Source: Candidatus Bipolaricaulota bacterium (GTDB lineage Bacteria > Bipolaricaulota > Bipolaricaulia > Bipolaricaulales > Bipolaricaulaceae). Taken from it: DNA of 29,631 bases. The stretch is from assembly GCA_015661965.1 (NCBI GenBank), contig DQVA01000215.1, forward strand, positions 1 through 29,631, given 5' to 3'. Made by a program: the position numbers and the translations under genes. The notes under the pieces were generated by a model. That model worked only from the letters and a program-made list of their open reading frames with translations, was not told where the DNA came from and made no database searches. Positions 1-6,388 of the stretch are shown here, one piece after another. How positions within the stretch are numbered: position 1 is the first letter of the stretch; each line of letters starts with the position of its first letter.

Positions 1-291
1 ACAGGTGACCGGACCTTTTGTGCCTTCGGTTGAAGGCCTGGGTGTAGACCCCGTTTAGCTGCCGCATCCCCCGGGAGAGATTGGCTTCCGGGGTTCCGAT
101 GAGCAGGTGGTAGGTTCAGCATCAGGCAATTAGGCGTAGCAGTGCCAGCGATAGCGCTCCACCACCTCGGCCAGGACCTCCAGGAACGCGAGGCGGTCTT
201 GGTCGTCTAAGTAGATGAGCTGCCTGGCGTTTCCCCGGGAGGTGATGTGGTAAACGGCCCCCGGAAACTCCAGTCGCAACGGCCTGGCCAC
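1..291 (-). pseudogene. REP-associated tyrosine transposase (RAYT, Y1/HUH, IS200-like superfamily), frameshifted, continues off the left edge
   Basis: Minus strand from GTG at 291 reads (M)ARPLRLEFPGAVYHITSRGNARQLIYLDDQDRLAFLEVLAEVVERYRWHCYA then TAA (130-132). Shifting frame restores CLMLN, then YHLLIGTPEANLSRGMRQLNGVYTQAFNRRHKRSGHL, matching the recalled RAYT consensus. This needs two indels, near 130 and 113. Confidence 0.9.
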
Positions 292-297
292 GGCGGC

Positions 298-306
298 AGC
301 ATACCA
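298..306 (-). promoter_or_regulatory. Extended -10 (TGGTATGCT), probable leaderless promoter of the RAYT gene
   Basis: TGn-TATGCT lies 6 nt before the GTG start and there is no SD. Confidence 0.5.
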
Positions 307-321
307 AACCACATCAAAAGT

Positions 322-335
322 AAAGACCTGACCCC
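322..335 (-). other. GGGGTCAGGTCTTT motif, candidate end or REP-like sequence of the RAYT element
   Basis: The motif is seen directly, 30 nt upstream of the RAYT start. From recall it resembles GGGGTCAGGTCTTG-type motifs flanking RAYT genes. Only one copy is in the window. Confidence 0.4.
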
Positions 336-355
336 AAAGTTTTATGCGTAGGCCG

Positions 356-361
356 TATCAT
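356..361 (+). promoter_or_regulatory. -10 box TATCAT, probable leaderless promoter of the EamA gene
   Basis: TATCAT lies 7 nt before ATG 369, with no SD. Confidence 0.45.
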
Positions 362-368
362 TCGCCAC

Positions 369-1265
369 ATGGAAGCCAAGGGGTTGGGGTGGCGTGTTTG
401 GCTATCGGTGGGGGCAATGCTCATCCTATGGGCCTCGGCCTTCGCCGCCATCCGAGCCGCCCTGTCCACCTTCCCCCCAGGGGAGCTGGCTTTGTTTCGC
501 TTCCTGGTGGCCTCGGTCACGCTGGGGGGCCTCAGTGCCGCCAGCCGCGTCCCGTTGCCAAAACCGCGGGATCTGCCGGTGCTCTTCCTGTTGGGCCTCT
601 CGGGGATCACCATCTACCACCTGGCCCTGAACTACGGGGAGGTGGTGGTGACCGCCGGAGCGGCCAGCCTGCTTATCGCCTCCGCTCCCATGTTCACCGC
701 CCTGCTCGCTGCCCTGCTGCTGGGCGAGAGGATACCCCCCGTGGGTTGGCTGGGGATCGCCCTCGGGCTTTTAGGGGTGGCACTGATCTCCCTGGGGGAG
801 GGGGGCGGGCTGCGGCTGGAACCACGCGCCCTGGTCATCCTGGGGGCAGCGCTTGCCGCCAGCGTGTATACCGTGCTCCAGAAACGCTATATCGTGCGCT
901 ATCCGCCGCTGGCCTTCACCACCTACTTGGTGTGGGCCGGAACCATCCCCTTGCTCGTCTTCCTCCCCGGGCTGACCGCCACGCTGCCCAGTGCCCCGGC
1001 GGAGGCCATCGCCGCAGTGGTCTACCTAGGGGTGTTCCCCGCCGGGATCGCCTACGTCCTGTGGGTGTACTGCCTTACCCAACTCCCCGCCTCGCGGCTG
1101 GCTAGCTTCCTCTATCTTAATCCGGTGTTGGCCATCGGGATCGCTTGGCTATGGCTGGGGGAGGTGCCCACTTGGCTGTCCCTGGTGGGCGGGGCGGTGG
1201 CTATCCTCGGGGTGGTCCTGGCCGCCCGCCGGCCGGATGCGGGACCGGCAAGGGCTGGGCCATAA
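369..1265 (+). CDS. EamA/DMT family drug-metabolite transporter
   Basis: 298 aa, about 10 hydrophobic segments in two repeats; motifs LWASAFAAIR, FRFLVA, ASLLIASAPMFTALLA..LLGER and ASFLYLNPV.A...AWLWLGE. Confidence 0.93.
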   Translation: MEAKGLGWRVWLSVGAMLILWASAFAAIRAALSTFPPGELALFRFLVASVTLGGLSAASRVPLPKPRDLPVLFLLGLSGITIYHLALNYGEVVVTAGAASLLIASAPMFTALLAALLLGERIPPVGWLGIALGLLGVALISLGEGGGLRLEPRALVILGAALAASVYTVLQKRYIVRYPPLAFTTYLVWAGTIPLLVFLPGLTATLPSAPAEAIAAVVYLGVFPAGIAYVLWVYCLTQLPASRLASFLYLNPVLAIGIAWLWLGEVPTWLSLVGGAVAILGVVLAARRPDAGPARAGP

Positions 1266-1271
1266 TGGGGC

Positions 1272-2699
1272 ATGCGCATCCCAATGGAAGAGCTGCTTTC
1301 GGTCCACCCGTTCGTAGGGGAGATCCTGGAGCGGCTCACCCGGGCCGGGCACGAGGCGGTGATCGTGGGCGGAGCGGTGCGGGACGCCGTCCTGGCCGCA
1401 CAAGCGAAGCGGCCATGCGTATTCCAGGACGTGGACATCGCCACCTCCGCTCCCCCACAGGAAATAAAGCGGCTGTTTCATGACCGGCCGGTGCTCACCG
1501 TGGGGGAGGCGTTCGGGGTGGTGGTGGTGGTGGCCCCGGACGGCCGCCAGTACGAGGTGGCCACCTTCCGCAGCGAGCGGGGCTACTCCGACGGCCGCCG
1601 GCCCGGGCAGGTCGCCTGGACCACCCTGGAGGAGGACCTCTGGCGGCGGGACTTCACGGTGAACGGCCTGGCTGCCCGTCCTGACGGGGAGGTCATCGAC
1701 CTGGTGGGGGGGCTTGCTGACCTCACGGCCGGGGTCATCCGCACCATCGGCGATCCCCGGGAGCGGTTCTCCGAGGACTCCCTCAGGATGCTCCGGGCAG
1801 TCCGGTTTGCCTGCCAGTTGGGCTTTTCCATCGAGGAGGGGACCCGGGCCGCCATCGCCGCCCAGGCAGCGGAGATCACACGGATCTCCTGGGAACGGAT
1901 CAGGGATGAACTCGTCCGTATCCTCTCCACCCCACGGGCCGCCCAGGGGTTCAAGCTATTGGACGAGCTAGGGCTCCTGTCGCAGATATTGCCGGAGATC
2001 ACCAGCCTGAAGGGGGTTCCCCAGGATCCCAACTACCACCCGGAGGGGGACGTGTTCACCCACACCCTGCTTGCCCTGGAGGTGGCGGACCGGCTCGGCT
2101 TTTCCTATCTGGTCAAGCTGGGGGTGCTGTTCCACGACGCCGGCAAGGGAGAGGCCCTGGCCCGGTCTGGGGGGGAGCACTCCGGGGGGCATGAGCTGGT
2201 GGGGGAACGATTGGCGGAGCACGCCCTAAGACGGCTCCGGTTTCCGGCCCGCGAGATCGCCCACGTCCGATTCCTGACCAGGGAGCACATGCGGGCCGGG
2301 CGGCTGCCCGAGATGGGGTTGGGCAAGCAGGTCCGGCTCCTTTCCGCAGGCGAGGACGAGCAAGCCCCAGTGGAGGAGTTCACCGCCCGCTTCCCCTTGT
2401 TTTCCGACCTATTGCGGCTGTTCATCTGCGACGCCGAGGCCTCGGCCCATCGGGCTTCCGCTTGGCTCCCGTTGCTCTCCCACATAGTCCGGTTGCACCT
2501 GCACGTGCGCAGGGTACAGGGGCTCAAGCGGGCGCGGGAGCTGATCTCCGGAGAGGACCTGATCGCGTTGGGGGAGCGGCCGGGGCCGCGGCTGGGGGAG
2601 ATCCTGTCCGAGATCCACGAGCGCATCCTGGCCGGGGAGATCGAAACCCGAGACCAGGCCTTGCAGCTCGCCAAAAAGCTCCTCAAAGGTCAGAGGTAA
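1272..2699 (+). CDS. cca: CCA tRNA nucleotidyltransferase (class II) with HD phosphatase domain
   Basis: Motifs GGAVRD, DVDIAT, EVATFRSE..Y.DGRRP, DL.RRDFT.N, RFSEDSLRMLRAVRF; HD domain HPEGDVFTHT and LFHDAGK. Confidence 0.9.
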   Translation: MRIPMEELLSVHPFVGEILERLTRAGHEAVIVGGAVRDAVLAAQAKRPCVFQDVDIATSAPPQEIKRLFHDRPVLTVGEAFGVVVVVAPDGRQYEVATFRSERGYSDGRRPGQVAWTTLEEDLWRRDFTVNGLAARPDGEVIDLVGGLADLTAGVIRTIGDPRERFSEDSLRMLRAVRFACQLGFSIEEGTRAAIAAQAAEITRISWERIRDELVRILSTPRAAQGFKLLDELGLLSQILPEITSLKGVPQDPNYHPEGDVFTHTLLALEVADRLGFSYLVKLGVLFHDAGKGEALARSGGEHSGGHELVGERLAEHALRRLRFPAREIAHVRFLTREHMRAGRLPEMGLGKQVRLLSAGEDEQAPVEEFTARFPLFSDLLRLFICDAEASAHRASAWLPLLSHIVRLHLHVRRVQGLKRARELISGEDLIALGERPGPRLGEILSEIHERILAGEIETRDQALQLAKKLLKGQR

Positions 2700-2782
2700 C
2701 GTCCATTACCCACCACATGTCCCTTGACGACCGCCCCCCTTCCCTGGCGCCCGGCCCCAGCCGATCGTAGCCTGACCCCGTC

Positions 2783-4198
2783 ATGCACCATCTGAACTTG
2801 GGCCCGGACCTCTCCCTGCCCCTTGCCGAGGCCAGCGGACAGTGCGTGGCCATCCTGGGGATCCGCGGCTCGGGCAAGTCAAACACCGCCGGGGTCATCT
2901 TCGAGGAGCTCCTGGCCGCCCGCTACCCCCTGTCCATCGTGGATATCGACGGGGAGTACTTCGGCCTCAAGGAGAAGTACGAGGTGTTGGTGGTGGGGGC
3001 GGGGGAGAACGTGGACATCGAATTGGACGTGGACGCCGCCCCGGGGGTAGCCGAGCTCTCCCTGCGGGAGGGGGTGCCGGTGATCTTGGACGTGTCGGAC
3101 ATGCTCGCCGAGGAGCGGGAACTGTTCGTCCTCGAGTACCTGACCCGCATCTGGTCCCTGGCCGGAAAGCTCAGAAAGCCCTACATGATCGGGATAGAGG
3201 AGTGCCACGAGTTCATCCCCCAGGGGATGCGGACCGATCTCAAGGAGGTGATCGCTCGCATCGCCCTGCGGGGGCGGAAACGGGGGCTGGGAGCGGTGAT
3301 CATCTCCCAGCGGTCGGCCAAGGTGGAAAAGGACGTCCTCACCCAAGCGGGGATGCTGTTTTTACATCGGGTAGTGCACGAGGTAGATATGCGTGTCTAC
3401 TCCGAGCTCCTCCCCTGGCCCAAGGCCGAGGTCAAGGAGCAGGTCACGAGCCTGGGGGTGGGGGAATGTATCTACCTTTCGGGGCAGAGCATCCGCAAGG
3501 TGAAGATCCGCCCCCGTCATACCTTCCACGGGGGGTTCACCCCTTCCTTCAAGCCGGTGGAGACCCCAAAGCTGCGCCAGGTACGGGGGGAGATCCTGGC
3601 CGCCATCCACAAGTTCAAGGAGGAGAAAGGCGCTTCCTTGCCGGAAGAGGAGCTCCAGCAAAGGTTGGAAAAACTGGAGGCGGAACTGGCCCTGAAGCAG
3701 GCAAGGATCAGGGAGCTAGAGCGCCGGCTTCGGGAACGCCAGGCGCCCCCAACGGCGAACCCCGCCGCCCCAGAGCCTCCCCCGGAACACCCCGTCCCGC
3801 CCACCTTCGATCTCCCCCCCGAGGTGCTACGCAAGGTGGAACGCCTGCTCAAGCGGCTGAGGCGCCTCCCCATCCACGAGCGACGACTGGTGTCATTCCT
3901 CGCGGCCCGGGAGCCTCGCTCCTATACCACTGCCGAGCTCGCCGCCTGGGCGGACTGCGCTGAAGCCACGCTGCTTGCCGAGCCCCCCACCGAACTGGTG
4001 GAGCTGGGGCTGCTTTCCTGCGAGCGCCTGGCCCGGGGGATCACCTATCGGGCCCAACTGAAGGCGTTCGTAAACCGGGCCTTCTCCGGTTTCCTCCCCG
4101 AACTAGGGCCGCAGGGGTGCCATCATCTAGTGGGCTACCTGCGGGGGCGCCTTTGCCAGCTTTCCGCTCTAGAACATGATTTTAGCCGGATAGCTTGA
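2783..4198 (+). CDS. HerA/FtsK-superfamily (DUF87-like) ATPase with C-terminal coiled coil and putative winged helix
   Basis: Walker A GIRGSGKS, IVDIDGEY, Walker B IGIEECHE, arginine finger RGRKRG, sensor ISQR; heptad-like segment EEELQQRLEKLEAELALKQARIRELERRL; Pro-rich linker followed by a helical, wHTH-like tail. Confidence 0.85.
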   Translation: MHHLNLGPDLSLPLAEASGQCVAILGIRGSGKSNTAGVIFEELLAARYPLSIVDIDGEYFGLKEKYEVLVVGAGENVDIELDVDAAPGVAELSLREGVPVILDVSDMLAEERELFVLEYLTRIWSLAGKLRKPYMIGIEECHEFIPQGMRTDLKEVIARIALRGRKRGLGAVIISQRSAKVEKDVLTQAGMLFLHRVVHEVDMRVYSELLPWPKAEVKEQVTSLGVGECIYLSGQSIRKVKIRPRHTFHGGFTPSFKPVETPKLRQVRGEILAAIHKFKEEKGASLPEEELQQRLEKLEAELALKQARIRELERRLRERQAPPTANPAAPEPPPEHPVPPTFDLPPEVLRKVERLLKRLRRLPIHERRLVSFLAAREPRSYTTAELAAWADCAEATLLAEPPTELVELGLLSCERLARGITYRAQLKAFVNRAFSGFLPELGPQGCHHLVGYLRGRLCQLSALEHDFSRIA

Positions 4199-4224
4199 CG
4201 ACCCACCGGTCCCCGTGCTAGGAT
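4195..4224 (+). promoter_or_regulatory. Sigma70-type promoter for hpf
   Basis: TTGACG (4195-4200), 18 nt, TAGGAT (4219-4224) with a TG extension at 4216-4217; SD AAGGGGGG and GTG start follow. Confidence 0.7.
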
Positions 4225-4243
4225 TCCATGAAGGGGGGATCAC

Positions 4244-4762
4244 GTGAAAGTACGTATCGTCGAGCGTTATGACTCGGATTCGGATACCGTCAAACAGTAC
4301 GTGCTCAAGAAGCTAGATGGCCTGTCTCGCTATTTCGACCAGATCATCAGTATCGATGCCACCCTGGAAGTAGAGCGGGGCCGGCACAAGGTGGAGCTGG
4401 TGGGGCACCTGGTCAACCGCAAAATCGTCAAAGCGGAGGCCACCACCGGGGACATGTACGCCTCCGTGGACCAGGCGGTGGACAAGCTGCAGCGGCAACT
4501 GGTCCGGTACAAGGAGCAACTGCGGGTGGAGCGGAAGACGGGCCGGCCGGAGGCAGCCCCCCAGCCCGAGGAACAGGACTCCCCGCGCATCGTGCGCATG
4601 GAGACCTACTTCCGCAAGCCGATGAGTCCCGAGGAGGCGGCGCTGCAGCTTGAAGCCAGCGGGCGGGAGTTCCTGGTTTTCTTCAACGCTGCGGACGACA
4701 CGCCGGCGGTGATCTTCCGCCGGGGAAACGGAGAGTATGGACTTATCGTCCCGCGACGCTAG
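4244..4762 (+). CDS. hpf: Ribosome hibernation promoting factor, long form (RaiA/S30AE)
   Basis: YV.KKL..L.RYF, DMYASVDQAVDKL.RQL.RYKE, and C-terminal dimerisation domain KPMS.EEA.LQL...FLVF.N....V.FRR..G.YGLI. Confidence 0.93.
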   Translation: MKVRIVERYDSDSDTVKQYVLKKLDGLSRYFDQIISIDATLEVERGRHKVELVGHLVNRKIVKAEATTGDMYASVDQAVDKLQRQLVRYKEQLRVERKTGRPEAAPQPEEQDSPRIVRMETYFRKPMSPEEAALQLEASGREFLVFFNAADDTPAVIFRRGNGEYGLIVPRR

Positions 4763-4774
4763 GAAAGGAGCTTG

Positions 4775-5785
4775 ATGGCAAGAGCCCTGGTGCTCTACTC
4801 GGGCAGCCTGGCGAGTAAGGTCACCCTCAGGCTGGCCCAAGGGGTGCCAGGGCTTGAGCTGAAGGTCCTTTACTTCCGCTCCCCGTTTTTCCTGGAACCG
4901 GAAGAGGTGGAAGATCGGCTCTATCCGCCGGGCGGGGGGCTGGGAACCAAGACCCTGAAACGGGAGTACTTGGGGATGGCCGCCAGCGGGACTGACCTCC
5001 CCTTCCCCTGTGGCGCTTGTCGCTGGGTGCTCCTATCTCGGGCCGCCCGATTGCTACGGCGGGGACGGCTGGACTACGTGATCACCGGGGAGCTCGTGGG
5101 GAAGGGGGGACTCGATGTCCCCCAGCTCGTGGCCCTGGATCAGGAGCTGGGCCTGGCCGGTCGAGTGCTGCGTCCCCTGTCGGGCAGGCTCCTCCCCCCC
5201 ACCCGGGCCGAGGAGCGAGGGCATTGGCCCCCGGAGCTGATGTTTGACCTCGCCTCCCCGGATGGACAGCGCCTGGAACTGCTGGCCCGCTATTTGCGCG
5301 TGCCCCCCGGGGTAGAGGCCGAGGAGCGCTGCCACCTCGCCAACCCCGTTTATGTAGCGCGCCTGCGCCTCCTTCTCGCGCGGGAGTCCCCCACCGTCAA
5401 CACCTTGCGCCTCCTCACCTTCCGCCACTTCTACTACCTGCCCCCCGACCTCAAGGTGGTGGTGGCCTTGGGGCAGCAAGAGCAAGCCCAGCTCCAGACC
5501 TTGTTCTTGCCCACCGACATGCGGCTGTACTTCTCCCTACCCCGCTCTCCCCTGGTGCTGGTGCGGGCGGATTGGTCCACCCACCCCCGGCGATGTCGCC
5601 TGGAAGCCGCCACCTCGGCAGCCCGGATCGCCCTGGCCCTGGCCGGGTTTTCCCCAGGGACCCTGTGTGAACTTTGCTTCCGGTTCGAATGGGAGGAGGA
5701 GACCAAACGGCTGGCAGTGGCCGCCCCCGCCTCCCTCGAGGAGGCCTTGATGCCAGCCTCAACCGAGGTATACTTGGCAAGTTGA
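4775..5785 (+). CDS. Degenerate PP-loop tRNA sulfurtransferase-like protein (ThiI/MnmA-like family with DUF814/NFACT-R-like C-terminus)
   Basis: ALVLYSGSLAS (PP-loop SGGLDS altered), FRSPFF, CGAC, VITGELVG, VLRPLSGRLLPPT..E..G, later C, RHF...K.VV. AAGGAG SD upstream. Confidence 0.7.
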   Translation: MARALVLYSGSLASKVTLRLAQGVPGLELKVLYFRSPFFLEPEEVEDRLYPPGGGLGTKTLKREYLGMAASGTDLPFPCGACRWVLLSRAARLLRRGRLDYVITGELVGKGGLDVPQLVALDQELGLAGRVLRPLSGRLLPPTRAEERGHWPPELMFDLASPDGQRLELLARYLRVPPGVEAEERCHLANPVYVARLRLLLARESPTVNTLRLLTFRHFYYLPPDLKVVVALGQQEQAQLQTLFLPTDMRLYFSLPRSPLVLVRADWSTHPRRCRLEAATSAARIALALAGFSPGTLCELCFRFEWEEETKRLAVAAPASLEEALMPASTEVYLAS

Positions 5786-5824
5786 GGCCGGTTTATGTAC
5801 CCGGGCTGGATGTTGTTTTTAGCA

Positions 5825-5971
5825 GACCGTACCTTGCTCTGGGTATGGTCGTGTCTTCCCGGCGGGACGGGGCTGCCCACTGGGAAAGGGTGGTTAGGTA
5901 CTCGTCAGGCCTGGCAGGGCCAGGCTGAGATGCAGAGGGTTCCCTTGGATTACCTCAAACCAGGGGGAGGT
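5825..5971 (+). other. Structured intergenic or 5' leader region upstream of the FmdB-like gene
   Basis: Inverted repeats at 5825-5833/5842-5850, 5905-5914/5920-5928 and 5940-5948/5960-5968; the last overlaps SD GGAGG at 5966-5970. Confidence 0.45.
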
Positions 5972-5976
5972 GTATG

Positions 5977-6210
5977 ATGCCGATCTATCGCTATGAATGC
6001 AAACGTTGCGGGGCGGAATTTCGCGAGCTGGTGACCCGCGGCGACGGGGCGCTGATCCGCTGTACTGCCTGCGGCTCCCACGAGGTGACCCGGCTCTTGC
6101 CTCGGTTCGGGGTGGTCTATAAGGGGAGCGGTTTTTACACCACCGAATACCGGAGAAAGTCCTCCGGTTCAAGCGAAGGCGGCGGCTCCAAGTCGGACGG
6201 GAAGGACTAG
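5977..6210 (+). CDS. FmdB-family zinc-ribbon putative regulatory protein
   Basis: MPIYRYEC..CG..F.....C..CGS..V.RL....GVVYKGSGFY.TEY, low-complexity tail, SD GGAGG. Confidence 0.9.
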   Translation: MPIYRYECKRCGAEFRELVTRGDGALIRCTACGSHEVTRLLPRFGVVYKGSGFYTTEYRRKSSGSSEGGGSKSDGKD

Positions 6211-6388
6211 CGCGATATCTGGGGGATGGGGTTTCCGGTGGTTTCCTGCCGGAAAGGGGGGGTGTTTGTGGATCCCGCTTGCGCTGGCTCGGCCAACCGA
6301 GACAGCCCAGTGCGATGGGACGCAGCGTGGCTGACAAGGATGGAGGTTTCCGGATCCGTCCGGATCTGACCCAGCGAGGTGAGCACAG

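Noticed and set aside
5786-5820. Possible intrinsic terminator before the TGTTGTTTTT tract
   Set aside because: Only a 4-bp stem, and it is not adjacent to the T-tract.
5819-5845. TTAGCAGAC as half of a CIRCE (HrcA) element
   Set aside because: No matching GAGTGCTAA arm after 9 nt.
5825-5895. Partial likeness to Moco/Wco or cobalamin riboswitch words (TATGGTC, CCACTGGGAAA)
   Set aside because: The other conserved core segments of those families are absent.
5904-5925. GTCAGGCCTGGCAGGGCCAGGC resembling SRP RNA helix 8
   Set aside because: The 3' side of the conserved internal loop should be AGCA but is CCAG, and I see no long enclosing helix.
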